From: Centroscyllium fabricii
Taxonomy: Eukaryota
Reading direction: 5' to 3'
Assembly (NCBI GenBank): GCA_051313645.2
Contig: JBNRSN020000094.1
Location: 2,356,001-2,420,000, forward strand
DNA: 64,000 nucleotides
Made by a program: the position numbers and the translations under genes
Notes under the pieces: model-generated
What the model was told of the DNA's origin: nothing
Database searches by the model: none
The model's input: the letters and a program-made list of their open reading frames with translations, nothing else
Shown: in pieces, positions 37,158-49,254 of the stretch
Position numbering within the stretch: the first letter of the stretch is position 1
How the letters are laid out: every line of letters begins with the position of its first letter

Positions 37158-38053
37158 CGTATTATTGCGGCATTCATACATTTCATTTCGCCGTTTCACC
37201 AACAGCAGTAAACCACCGTGCAGGCAGTTTTGCTCAGTATTTTATCACTTCTTCACCATTTCCTTCAGTTGTTATTGACAGGCAGATAGGATTTGCAGAA
37301 TTTCCTCTGCTTCGGGTAATTGGCATGAACCCAGCACCGAGGACGACAAACACCGCCACCCAAGCAACTCAATTCACACCGTTCACTCACTCGTCTCCAC
37401 ACTGGCTGCGTCTCAAGTCAAATATGTTGACATTTTTGGTTGTTGCATTTTTTGCAATCTAGCGACCAGGCTCGAACCTTTGCACAAGACGGAACACCGT
37501 TACACAACAGGAAGATGCTTACACAACAGTGAACAACTTTACATGGCAGGGAACATCTTTAAACAGCGGGGAATCCCTTTACACCGCCGAAAGCACCAAG
37601 GTGCAAGTCTCTGTCTTGCTCTCAGTCTCCATTGCCCTGTTTGCCTTTCTCTCTCTCTCGCTCTCTGTTTCTCTCGCAGTCTCCTTCTTTCCCGCAGTCT
37701 CTCCCTCGTGTTATTCGGGCTTAGTGTGTGTGTCTCTCTCTGTCTGGTTTCCTCAGTGTCTTTCTCTGTTCCTCCCGTGTTGTGTCCTGCAATACGCTTG
37801 CTGTTTTTCGGTGTCTCATCATTGTGTGTCTCTCCCATGGTGTGTTAGGTGTAATACTGAGTGTCTTTGTGACATTGTGCAGCCATGTGAGCCTGCCAAG
37901 CCGGCTGATGTGGTGTCCGGGTCTCGGGGCTGTTTGAATGTCGTGCTGTTGCTTTCAACACAGCCTGGATGCTGACAATTGTCTCGCTGACACCCAGCAC
38001 TGTGACGCATCGCAAGCTAAACAGCAGCCGGGATGTGCTGGCAATCGACAGAC

Positions 38054-38125
38054 AGCAGAGTGGCGCAGCGGAAGCGTGCTGGGCCCATAACCCAGAGGTC
38101 GATGGATCGAAACCATCCTCTGCTA
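38054..38125 (+). tRNA. trnam-cau: tRNA-iMet(CAT)
   Basis: Consensus initiator tRNA sequence. Confidence 0.97.
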
Positions 38126-38765
38126 TTTGCATTCTTATTTCCAGCAAAGCTAAAAAAAACAGCTGTTGCTGCCCACAATCACATCGCGCTTCATTTTGTC
38201 ACTCTGGACACATTACTGACACCAACTTCCTGGTTGAAATACACAACAGGGCAAATGATGAATTTTGCCCTGTCCCTGGGACTAGGGACAGGGCCACTTG
38301 CAAGGCTTGGAATCTAAGCAGAGCCAGGCCTGGTTAGTACTTGGAGGGGTGACCACCAGGCAATACTAGGTGCAGAAGGTCACGAAAGGAGCCCCGGGGA
38401 GGGGCGGTTGGCTGAAGATTGTCGGAATGATGGAAAGATGGAATAGCGGCGTGCACAGATGCAGCGGCTTTGCTGGACTCTTGGGAGCTTGCAAGATCAC
38501 ATTTCGTTGTTCATGTACTTGTACATTGTATAATGACAATAAAGTTGAATTATTATTATTATTATTATGGGTTGTTCCAACACACGTCTATTTATTAGTG
38601 TTGCCCTGTGAACACGTCGCTTCATCTGATCCAGTGGGTTGCATCAGAAGCGAGTTTGCCCTCCCTCCCCACCCCCCCGAATTATAAGTACCTTGCAAAA
38701 GACAGAGCAAGCCACATTTACATCAGCAGCTAGCAATTAAAGAACGGAAGATAGGGCCATCATGT

Positions 38766-38847
38766 GGTAGCGTGGCCGAGCGGTCTAAAGCGCTGGATTA
38801 AGGCTCCAGTCTCTTCGGGGGCGTGGGTTCGAATCCCACCGCTGCCA
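38766..38847 (+). tRNA. trnal-aag: tRNA-Leu(AAG), D-stem G>A variant
   Basis: TCTAAAGCGCTGG. Confidence 0.9.
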
Positions 38848-39743
38848 CGTATTATTGCGGCATTCATACATTTCATTTCGCCGTTTCACCAACAGCAGTA
38901 AACCACCGTGCAGGCAGTTTTGCTCAGTATTTTATCACTTCTTCACCATTTCCTTCAGTTGTTATTGACAGGCAGATAGGATTTGCAGAATTTCCTCTGC
39001 TTCGGGTAATTGGCATGAACCCAGCACCGAGGACGACAAACACCGCCACCCAAGCAACTCAATTCACACCGTTCACTCACTCGTCTCCACACTGGCTGCG
39101 TCTCAAGTCAAATATGTTGACATTTTTGGTTGTTGCATTTTTTGCAATCTAGCGACCAGGCTCGAACCTTTGCACAAGACGGAACACCGTTACACAACAG
39201 GAAGATGCTTACACAACAGTGAACAACTTTACATGGCAGGGAACATCTTTAAACAGCGGGGAATCCCTTTACACCGCCGAAAGCACCAAGGTGCAAGTCT
39301 CTGTCTTGCTCGCAGTCTCCATTGCCCTGTTTGCCTTTCTCTCTCTCTCGCTCTCTGTTTCTCTCGCAGTCTCCTTCTTTCCCGCAGTCTCTCCCTCGTG
39401 TTATTCGGGCTTAGTGTGTGTGTCTCTCTCTGTCTGGTTTCCTCAGTGTCTTTCTCTGTTCCTCCCGTGTTGTGTCCTGCAATACGCTTGCTGTTTTTCG
39501 GTGTCTCATCATTGTGTGTCTCTCCCATGGTGTGTTAGGTGTAATACTGAGTGTCTTTGTGACATTGTGCAGCCATGTGAGCCTGCCAAGCCGGCTGATG
39601 TGGTGTCCGGGTCTCGGGGCTGTTTGAATGTCGTGCTGTTGCTTTCAACACAGCCTGGATGCTGACAATTGTCTCGCTGACACCCAGCACTGTGACGCAT
39701 CGCAAGCTAAACAGCAGCCGGGATGTGTTGGCAATCGACAGAC

Positions 39744-39815
39744 AGCAGAGTGGCGCAGCGGAAGCGTGCTGGGCCCATAACCCAGAGGTCGATGGATCGA
39801 AACCATCCTCTGCTA
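39744..39815 (+). tRNA. trnam-cau: tRNA-iMet(CAT)
   Basis: Consensus initiator tRNA sequence. Confidence 0.97.
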
Positions 39816-40455
39816 TTTGCATTCTTATTTCCAGCAAAGCTAAAAAAAACAGCTGTTGCTGCCCACAATCACATCGCGCTTCATTTTGTCACTCTGGACA
39901 CATTACTGACACCAACTTCCTGGTTGAAATACACAACAGGGCAAATGATGAATTTTGCCCTGTCCCTGGGACTAGGGACAGGGCCACTTGCAAGGCTTGG
40001 AATCTAAGCAGAGCCAGGCCTGGTTAGTACTTGGAGGGGTGACCACCAGGCAATACTAGGTGCAGAAGGTCACGAAAGGAGCCCCGGGGAGGGGCGGTTG
40101 GCTGAAGATTGTCGGAATGATGGAAAGATGGAATAGCGGCGTGCACAGATGCAGCGGCTTTGCTGGACTCTTGGGAGCTTGCAACATCACATTTCGTTGT
40201 TCATGTACTTGTACATTGTATAATGACAATAAAGTTGAATTATTATTATTATTATTATGGGTTGTTCCAACACACGTCTATTTATTAGTGTTGCCCTGTG
40301 AACACGTCGCTTCATCTGATCCAGTGGGTTGCATCAGAAGCGAGTTTGCCCTCCCTCCCCACCCCCCCGAATTATAAGTACCTTGCAAAAGACAGAGCAA
40401 GCCACATTTACATCAGCAGCTAGCAATTAAAGAACGGAAGATAGGGCCATCATGT

Positions 40456-40537
40456 GGTAGCGTGGCCGAGCGGTCTAAAGCGCTGGATTAAGGCTCCAGT
40501 CTCTTCGGGGGCGTGGGTTCGAATCCCACCGCTGCCA
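40456..40537 (+). tRNA. trnal-aag: tRNA-Leu(AAG), D-stem G>A variant
   Basis: TCTAAAGCGCTGG. Confidence 0.9.
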
Positions 40538-41431
40538 CGTATTTTTGCGGCATTCATACATTTCATTTCGCCGTTTCACCAACAGCAGTAAACCACCGTG
40601 CAGGCAGTTTTGCTCAGTATTTTATCACTTCTTCACCATTTCCTTCAGTTGTTATTGACAGGCAGATAGGATTTGCAGAATTTCCTCTGCTTCGGGTAAT
40701 TGGCATGAACCCAGCACCGAGGACGACAAACACCGCCACCCAAGCAACTCAATTCACACCGTTCACTCACTCGTCTCCACACTGGCTGCGTCTCAAGTCA
40801 AATATGTTGACATTTTTGGTTGTTGCATTTTTTGCAATCTAGCGACCAGGCTCGAACCTTTGCACAAGACGGAACACCGTTACACAACAGGAAGATGCTT
40901 ACACAACAGTGAACAACTTTACATGGCAGGGAACATCTTTAAACAGCGGGGAATCCATTTACACCGCCGAAAGCACCAAGGTGCAAGTCTCTGTCTTGCT
41001 CTCAGTCTCCATTGCCCTGTTTGCCTTTCTCTCTCTCTCGCTCTGTTTCTCTCGCAGTCTCCTTCTTTCCCGCAGTCTGTCCCTCGTGTTATTCGGGCTT
41101 AGTGTGTGTGTCTCTCTCTGTCTGGTTTCCTCAGTGTCTTTCTCTGTTCCTCCCGTGTTGTGTCCTGCAATACGCTTGCTGTTTTTCGGTGTCTCATCAT
41201 TGTGTGTCTCTCCCATGGTGTGTTAGGTGTAATACTGAGTGTCTTTGTGACATTGTGCAGCCATGTGAGCCTGCCAAGCCGGCTGATGTGGTGTCCGGGT
41301 CTCGGGGCTGTTTGAAGGTCGTGCTGTTGCTTTCAACACAGCCTGGATGCTGACAATTGTCTCGCTGACACCCAGCACTGTGACGCATCGCAAGCTAAAC
41401 AGCAGCCGGGATGTGTTGGCAATCGACAGAC

Positions 41432-41503
41432 AGCAGAGTGGCGCAGCGGAAGCGTGCTGGGCCCATAACCCAGAGGTCGATGGATCGAAACCATCCTCTG
41501 CTA
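41432..41503 (+). tRNA. trnam-cau: tRNA-iMet(CAT)
   Basis: Consensus initiator tRNA sequence. Confidence 0.97.
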
Positions 41504-42143
41504 TTTGCATTCTTATTTCCAGCAAAGCTAAAAAAAACAGCTGTTGCTGCCCACAATCACATCGCGCTTCATTTTGTCACTCTGGACACATTACTGACAC
41601 CAACTTCCTGGTTGAAATACACAACAGGGCAAATGATGAATTTTGCCCTGTCCCTGGGACTAGGGACAGGGCCACTTGCAAGGCTTGGAATCTAAGCAGA
41701 GCCAGGCCTGATTAGTACTTGGAGGGGTGACCACCAGGCAATACTAGGTGCAGAAGGTCACGAAAGGAGCCCCGGGGAGGGGCGGTTGGCTGAAGATTGT
41801 CGGAATGATGGAAAGATGGAATAGCGGCGTGCACAGATGCAGCGGCTTTGCTGGACTCTTGGGAGCTTGCAAGATCACATTTCGTTGTTCATGTACTTGT
41901 ACATTGTATAATGACAATAAAGTTGAATTATTATTATTATTATTATGGGTTGTTCCAACACACGTCTATTTATTAGTGTTGCCCTGTGAACACGTCGCTT
42001 CATCTGATCCAGTGGGTTGCATCAGAAGCGAGTTTGCCCTCCCTCCCCACCCCCCCGAATTATAAGTACCTTGCAAAAGACAGAGCAAGCCACATTTACA
42101 TCAGCAGCTAGCAATTAAAGAACGGAAGATAGGGCCATCATGT

Positions 42144-42225
42144 GGTAGCGTGGCCGAGCGGTCTAAGGCGCTGGATTAAGGCTCCAGTCTCTTCGGGGGC
42201 GTGGGTTCGAATCCCACCGCTGCCA
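42144..42225 (+). tRNA. trnal-aag: tRNA-Leu(AAG)
   Basis: Consensus Leu-AAG sequence. Confidence 0.97.
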
Positions 42226-43121
42226 CGTATTATTGCTGCATTCATACATTTCATTTCGCCGTTTCGCCAACAGCAGTAAACCACCGTGCAGGCAGTTTTG
42301 CTCAGTATTTTATCACTTCTTCACCATTTCCTTCAGTTGTTATTGACAGGCAGATAGGATTTGCAGAATTTCCTCTGCTTCGGGTAATTGGCATGAACCC
42401 AGCACCGAGGACGACAAACACCGCCACCCAAGCAACTCAATTCACACCGTTCACTCACTCGTCTCCACACTGGCTGCGTCTCAAGTCAGATATGTTGACA
42501 TTTTTGGTTGTTGCATTTTTTGCAATCTAGCGACCAGGCTCGAACCTTTGCACAAGACGGAACACCGTTACACAACAGGAAGATGCTTACACAACAGTGA
42601 ACAACTTTACATGGCAGGGAACATCTTTAAACAGCGGGGAATCCCTTTACACCGCCGAAAGCACCAAGGTGCAAGTCTCTGTCTTGCTCTCAGTCTCCAT
42701 TGCCCTGTTTCCCTTTCTCTCTCTCTCGCTCTCTGTTTCTCTCGCAGTCTCCTTCTTTCCCGCAGTCTCTCCCTCGTGTTATTCGGGCTTAGTGTGTGTG
42801 TCTCTCTCTGTCTGGTTTCCTCAGTGTCTTTCTCTGTTCCTCCCGTGTTGTGTCCTGCAATACGCTTGCTGTTTTTCGGTGTCTCATCATTGTGTGTCTC
42901 TCCCATGGTGTGTTAGGTGTAATACTGAGTGTCTTTGTGACATTGTGCAGCCATGTGAGCCTGCCAAGCCGGCTGATGTGGTGTCCGGGTCTCGGGGCTG
43001 TTTGAATGTCGTGCTGTTGCTTTCAACACAGCCTGGATGCTGACAATTGTCTCGCTGACACCCAGCACTGTGACGCATCGCAAGCTAAACAGCAGCCGGG
43101 ATGTGTTGGCAATCGACAGAC

Positions 43122-43193
43122 AGCAGAGTGGCGCAGCGGAAGCGTGCTGGGCCCATAACCCAGAGGTCGATGGATCGAAACCATCCTCTGCTA
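43122..43193 (+). tRNA. trnam-cau: tRNA-iMet(CAT)
   Basis: Consensus initiator tRNA sequence. Confidence 0.97.
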
Positions 43194-43833
43194 TTTGCAT
43201 TCTTATTTCCAGCAAAGCTAAAAAAAACAGCTGTTGCTGCCCACAATCACATCGCGCTTCATTTTGTCACTCTGGACACATTACTGACACCAACTTCCTG
43301 GTTGAAATACACAACAGGGCAAATGATGAATTTTGCCCTGTCCCTGGGACTAGGGACAGGGCCACTTGCAAGGCTTGGAATCTAAGCAGAGCCAGGCCTG
43401 GTTAGTACTTGGAGGGGTGACCACCAGGCAATACTAGGTGCAGAAGGTCACGAAAGGAGCCCCGGGGAGGGGCGGTTGGCTGAAGATTGTCGGAATGATG
43501 GAAAGATGGAATAGCGGCGTGCACAGATGCAGCGGCTTTGCTGGACTCTTGGGAGCTTGCAAGATCACATTTCGTTGTTCATGTACTTGTACATTGTATA
43601 ATGACAATAAAGTTGAATTATTATTATTATTATTATGGGTTGTTCCAACACACGTCTATTTATTAGTGTTGCCCTGTGAACACGTCGCTTCATCTGATCC
43701 AGTGGGTTGCATCAGAAGCGAGTTTGCCCTCCCTCCCCACCCCCCCGAATTATAAGTACCTTGCAAAAGACAGAGCAAGCCACATTTACATCAGCAGCTA
43801 GCAATTAAAGAACGGAAGATAGGGCCATCATGT

Positions 43834-43915
43834 GGTAGCGTGGCCGAGCAGTCTAAAGCGCTGGATTAAGGCTCCAGTCTCTTCGGGGGCGTGGGTTCGA
43901 ATCCCACCGCTGCCA
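43834..43915 (+). tRNA. trnal-aag: tRNA-Leu(AAG), G18A (A box) and D-stem G>A; insertion immediately downstream; possibly a pseudogene
   Basis: TGGCCGAGCAGTCTAAAGCG. Confidence 0.78.
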
Positions 43916-43926
43916 CGTATTATTGC
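43915..43926. repeat. Target-site duplication, left copy (ACGTATTATTGC)
   Basis: Repeated at 44266-44277; single copy in the uninterrupted units. Confidence 0.92.
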
Positions 43927-44016
43927 CATAATGTGGAGGTGCCGGTGTTGGACTGGGGTGGACAAATGCAAAAAGTCACACAACACCAGGTTTATAGTCC
44001 AACGTTTTATTTTAAA

Positions 44017-44054
44017 TCACAAGCTTTCGGAGCGTCGCTCCTTCGTCAAGGTGA
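44017..44054 (-). ncRNA. Minimal type I hammerhead-ribozyme-like motif (minus-strand copy)
   Basis: Reverse complement reads TCAC-CTTGACGA-A-GGAGC-GAC-GCTCC-GAAA-GCTT-GTGA. Confidence 0.62.
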
Positions 44055-44187
44055 ACAGAGAGAGACTGAACTTAAACATCACACATCAGGGGAGGGGAGA
44101 AATCCGATCTCTTACATGTGAGATGTGTAAGAGATCGGATTTCTCCCCTCCCCTGATGTGTGATATTTAAGTTCAGTCTCTCTCTGT

Positions 44188-44225
44188 TCACCTTGACGAA
44201 GGAGCGACGCTCCGAAAGCTTGTGA
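44188..44225 (+). ncRNA. Minimal type I hammerhead-ribozyme-like motif (plus-strand copy)
   Basis: Helix I TCAC/GTGA; core C(T)TGACGA; helix II GGAGC/GCTCC; GAAA; palindromic AAGCTT in place of helix III; one extra T in the core. Confidence 0.62.
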
Positions 44226-44265
44226 TTTAAAATAAAACGTTGGACTATAAACCTGGTGTTGTGTG

Positions 44266-44277
44266 ACGTATTATTGC
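44266..44277. repeat. Target-site duplication, right copy
   Basis: ACGTATTATTGC; first 2 nt overlap the end of the inverted repeat. Confidence 0.92.
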
Positions 44278-45162
44278 GGCATTCATACATTTCATTTCGC
44301 CGTTTCACCAACAGCAGTAAACCACCGTGCAGGCAGTTTTGCTCAGTATTTTATCACTTCTTCACCATTTCCTTCAGTTGTTATTGACAGGCAGATAGGA
44401 TTTGCAGAATTTCCTCTGCTTCGGGTAATTGGCATGAACCCAGCACCGAGGACGACAAACACCGCCACCCAAGCAACTCAATTCACACCGTTCACTCACT
44501 CGTCTCCACACTGGCTGCGTCTCAAGTCAAATATGTTGACATTTTTGGTTGTTGCATTTTTTGCAATCTAGCGACCAGGCTCGAACCTTTGCACAAGACG
44601 GAACACCGTTACACAACAGGAAGATGCTTACACAACAGTGAACAACTTTACATGGCAGGGAACATCTTTACACAGCGGGGAATCCCTTTACACCGCCGAA
44701 AGCACCAAGGTGCAAGTCTCTGTCTTGCTCTCAGTCTCCATTGCCCTGTTTGCCTTTCTCTCTCTCTCGCTCTCTGTTTCTCTCGCAGTCTCCTTCTTTC
44801 CCGCAGTCTGTCCCTCGTGTTATTCGGGCTTAGTGTGTGTGTCTCTCTCTGTCTGGTTTCCTCAGTGTCTTTCTCTGTTCCTCCCGTGTTGTGTCCTGCA
44901 ATACGCTTGCTGTTTTTCGGTGTCTCATCATTGTGTGTCTCTCCCATGGTGTGTTAGGTGTAATACTGAGTGTCTTTGTGACATTGTGCAGCCATGTGAG
45001 CCTGCCAAGCCGGCTGATGTGGTGTCCGGGTCTCGGGGCTGTTTGAAGGTCGTGCTGTTGCTTTCAACACAGCCTGGATGCTGACAATTGTCTCGCTGAC
45101 ACCCAGCACTGTGACGCATCGCAAGCTAAACAACAGCCGGGATGTGTTGGCAATCGACAGAC

Positions 45163-45234
45163 AGCAGAGTGGCGCAGCGGAAGCGTGCTGGGCCCATAAC
45201 CCAGAGGTCGATGGATCGAAACCATCCTCTGCTA
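45163..45234 (+). tRNA. trnam-cau: tRNA-iMet(CAT)
   Basis: Consensus initiator tRNA sequence. Confidence 0.97.
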
Positions 45235-45874
45235 TTTGCATTCTTATTTCCAGCAAAGCTAAAAAAAACAGCTGTTGCTGCCCACAATCACATCGCGCTT
45301 CATTTTGTCACTCTGGACACATTACTGACACCAACTTCCTGGTTGAAATACACAACAGGGCAAATGATGAATTTTGCCCTGTCCCTGGGACTAGGGACAG
45401 GGCCACTTGCAAGGCTTGGAATCTAAGCAGAGCCAGGCCTGGTTAGTACTTGGAGGGGTGACCACCAGGCAATACTAGGTGCAGAAGGTCAGGAAAGGAG
45501 CCCCGGGGAGGGGCGGTTGGCTGAAGATTGTCGGAATGATGGAAAGATGGAATAGCGGCGTGCACAGATGCAGCGGCTTTGCTGGACTCTTGGGAGCTTG
45601 CAAGATCACATTTCGTTGTTCATGTACTTGTACATTGTATAATGACAATAAAGTTGAATTATTATTATTATTATTATGGGTTGTTCCAACACACGTCTAT
45701 TTATTAGTGTTGCCCTGTGAACACGTCGCTTCATCTGATCCAGTGGGTTGCATCAGAAGCGAGTTTGCCCTCCCTCCCCACCCCCCCGAATTATAAGTAC
45801 CTTGCAAAAGACAGAGCAAGCCACATTTACATCAGCAGCTAGCAATTAAAGAACGGAAGATGGGGCCATCATGT

Positions 45875-45956
45875 GGTAGCGTGGCCGAGCGGTCTAAGGC
45901 GCTGGATTAAGGCTCCAGTCTCTTCGGGGGCGTGGGTTCGAATCCCACCGCTGCCA
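45875..45956 (+). tRNA. trnal-aag: tRNA-Leu(AAG)
   Basis: Consensus Leu-AAG sequence. Confidence 0.97.
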
Positions 45957-46852
45957 CGTATTATTGCGGCATTCATACATTTCATTTCGCCGTTTCACCA
46001 ACAGCAGTAAACCACCGTGCAGGCAGTTTTGCTCAGTATTTTATCACTTCTTCACCATTTCCTTCAGTTGTTATTGACAGGCAGATAGGATTTGCAGAAT
46101 TTCCTCTGCTTCGGGTAATTGGCATGAACCCAGCACCGAGGACGACAAACACCGCCACCCAAGCAACTCAATTCACACCGTTCACTCACTCGTCTCCACA
46201 CTGGCTGCGTCTCAAGTCAGATATGTTGACATTTTTGGTTGTTGCATTTTTTGCAATCTAGCGACCAGGCTCGAACCTTTGCACAAGACGGAACACCGTT
46301 ACACAACAGGAAGATGCTTACACAACAGTGAACAACTTTACATGGCAGGGAACATCTTTAAACAGCAGGGAATCCCTTTACACCGCCGAAAGCACCAAGG
46401 TGCAAGTCTCTGTCTTGCTCTCAGTCTCCATTGCCCTGTTTGCCTTTCTCTCTCTCTCGCTCTCTGTTTCTCTCGCAGTCTCCTTCTTTCCCGCAGTCTC
46501 TCCCTCGTGTTATTCGGGCTTAGTGTGTGTGTCTCTCTCTGTCTGGTTTCCTCAGTGTCTTTCTCTGTTCCTCCCGTGTTGGGTCCTGCAATACGCTTGC
46601 TGTTTTTCGGTGTCTCATCATTGTGTGTCTCTCCCATGGTGTGTTAGGTGTAATACTGAGTGTCTTTGTGACATTGTGCAGCCATGTGAGCCTGCCAAGC
46701 CGGCTGATGTGGTGTCCGGGTCTCGGGGCTGTTTGAAGGTCGTGCTGTTGCTTTCAACACAGCCTGGATGCTGACAATTGTCTCGCTGACACCCAGCACT
46801 GTGACGCATCGCAAGCTAAACAGCAGCCGGGATGTGTCGGCAATCGACAGAC

Positions 46853-46924
46853 AGTAGAGTGGCGCAGCGGAAGCGTGCTGGGCCCATAACCCAGAGGTCG
46901 ATGGATCGAAACCATCCTCTGCTA
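46853..46924 (+). tRNA. trnam-cau: tRNA-iMet(CAT), C3T variant
   Basis: AGTAGAGTGG; U3-G70 wobble. Confidence 0.92.
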
Positions 46925-47564
46925 TTTGCATTTTTATTTCCAGCAAAGCTAAAAAAAACAGCTGTTGCTGCCCACAATCACATCGCGCTTCATTTTGTCA
47001 CTCTGGACACATTACTGACACCAACTTCCTGGTTGAAATACACAACAGGGCAAATGATGAATTTTGCCCTGTCCCTGGGACTAGGGACAGGGCCACTTGC
47101 AAGGCTTGGAATCTAAGCAGAGCCAGGCCTGGTTAGTACTTGGAGGGGTGACCACCAGGCAATACTAGGTGCAGAAGGTCACGAAAGGAGCCCCGGGGAG
47201 GGGCGGTTGGCTGAAGATTGTCGGAATGATGGAAAGATGGAATAGCGGCGTGCACAGATGCAGCGGCTTTGCTGGACTCTTGGGAGCTTGCAAGATCACA
47301 TTTCGTTGTTCATGTACTTGTACATTGTATAATGACAATAAAGTTGAATTATTATTATTATTATTATGGGTTGTTCCAACACACGTCTATTTATTAGTGT
47401 TGCCCTGTGAACACGTCGCTTCATCTGATCCAGTGGGTTGCATCAGAAGCGAGTTTGCCCTCCCTCCCCACCCCCCCGAATTATAAGTACCTTGCAAAAG
47501 ACAGAGCAAGCCACATTTACATCAGCAGCTAGCAATTAAAGAACGGAAGATAGGGCCATCATGT

Positions 47565-47646
47565 GGTAGCGTGGCCGAGCGGTCTAAGGCGCTGGATTAA
47601 GGCTCCAGTCTCTTCAGGGGCGTGGGTTCGAATCCCACCGCTGCCA
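47565..47646 (+). tRNA. trnal-aag: tRNA-Leu(AAG), variable-arm G>A
   Basis: CTCTTCAGGGGC. Confidence 0.93.
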
Positions 47647-48542
47647 CGTATTATTGCGGCATTCATACATTTCATTTCGCCGTTTCACCAACAGCAGTAA
47701 ACCACCGTGCAGGCAGTTTTGCTCAGTATTTTATCACTTCTTCACCATTTCCTTCAGTTGTTATTGACAGGCCGATAGGATTTGCAGAATTTCCTCTGCT
47801 TCGGGTAATTGGCATGAACCCAGCACCGAGGACGACAAACACCGCCACCCAAGCAACTCAATTCACACCGTTCACTCACTCGTCTCCACACTGGCTGCGT
47901 CTCAAGTCAGATATGTTGACATTTTTGGTTGTTGCATTTTTTGCAATCTAGCGACCAGGCTCGAACCTTTGCACAAGACGGAACACCGTTACACAACAGG
48001 AAGATGCTTACACAACAGTGAACAACTTTACATGGCAGGGAACATCTTTAAACAGCGGGGAATCCCTTTACACCGCCGAAAGCACCAAGGTGCAAGTCTC
48101 TGTCTTGCTCTCAGTCTCCATTGCCCTGTTTGCCTTTCTCTCTCTCTCGCTCTCTGTTTCTCTCGCAGTCTCCTTCTTTCCCGCAGTCTCTCCCTCGTGT
48201 TATTCGGGCTTAGTGTGTGTGTCTCTCTCTGTCTGGTTTCCTCAGTGTCTTTCTCTGTTCCTCCCGTGTTGTGTCCTGCAATACGCTTGCTGTTTTTCGG
48301 TGTCTCATCATTGTGTGTCTCTCCCATGGTGTGTTAGGTGTAATACTGAGTGTCTTTGTGACATTGTGCAGCCATGTGAGCCTGCCAAGCCGGCTGATGT
48401 GGTGTCCGGGTCTCGGGGCTGTTTGAAGGTCGTGCTGTTGCTTTCAACACAGCCTGGATGCTGACAATTGTCTCGCTGACACCCAGCACTGTGACGCATC
48501 GCAAGCTAAACAGCAGCCGGGATGTGTTGGCAATCGACAGAC

Positions 48543-48614
48543 AGCAGAGTGGCGCAGCGGAAGCGTGCTGGGCCCATAACCCAGAGGTCGATGGATCGAA
48601 ACCATCCTCTGCTA
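48543..48614 (+). tRNA. trnam-cau: tRNA-iMet(CAT)
   Basis: Consensus initiator tRNA sequence. Confidence 0.97.
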
Positions 48615-49254
48615 TTTGCATTCTTATTTCCAGCAAAGCTAAAAAAAACAGCTGTTGCTGCCCACAATCACATCGCGCTTCATTTTGTCACTCTGGACAC
48701 ATTACTGACACCAACTTCCTGGTTGAAATACACAACAGGGCAAATAATGAATTTTGCCCTGTCCCTGGGACTAGGGACAGGGCCACTTGCAAGGCTTGGA
48801 ATCTAAGCAGAGCCAGGCCTGGTTAGTACTTGGAGGGGTGACCACCAGGCAATACTAGGTGCAGAAGGTCACGAAAGGAGCCCCGGGGAGGGGCGGTTGG
48901 CTGAAGATTGTCGGAAAGATGGAAAGATGGAATAGCGGCGTGCACAGATGCAGCGGCTTTGCTGGACTCTTGGGAGCTTGCAAGATCACATTTCGTTGTT
49001 CATGTCCTTGTACATTGTATAATGACAATAAAGTTGAATTATTATTATTATTATTATGGGTTGTTCCAACACACGTCTATTTATTAGTGTTGCCCTGTGA
49101 ACACGTCGCTTCATCTGATCCAGTGGGTTGCATCAGAAGCGAGTTTGCCCTCCCTCCCCACCCCCCCGAATTATAAGTACCTTGCAAAAGACAGAGCAAG
49201 CCACATTTACATCAGCAGCTAGCAATTAAAGAACGGAAGATAGAGCCATTATGT

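Larger units (their letters stand above)
43927..44267 (-). mobile_element. Non-autonomous palindromic insertion derived from a Penelope-like element (PLE) pseudo-LTR
   Basis: Unit is 351 bp longer than consensus; TSD; 48-nt unique tail plus 142-bp inverted repeat; minus strand reads hammerhead-like motif > AATAAA > ...GTCCACCCCAGTCCAACACCGGCACCTCCACA, which I recall as a PLE terminal repeat in cartilaginous fishes (not verified). Confidence 0.8.
43975..44267. repeat. 142-bp inverted repeat (43975-44116 / 44126-44267) with 9-nt spacer
   Basis: Arms are reverse complements with a single mismatch (C44077/A44165); spacer TGTGAGATG. Confidence 0.97.

Noticed and set aside
43927-44267. Classical MITE or DNA transposon interpretation
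   Set aside because: The inverted repeat is not terminal on the left (48-nt tail), and the hammerhead plus AATAAA content fits a retroelement pseudo-LTR better
43832-44311. ORFs on both strands sharing the peptide SHNTRFIVQRFILNHKLSERRSFVKVN
   Set aside because: A consequence of the inverted repeat; no RT, endonuclease or transposase motif
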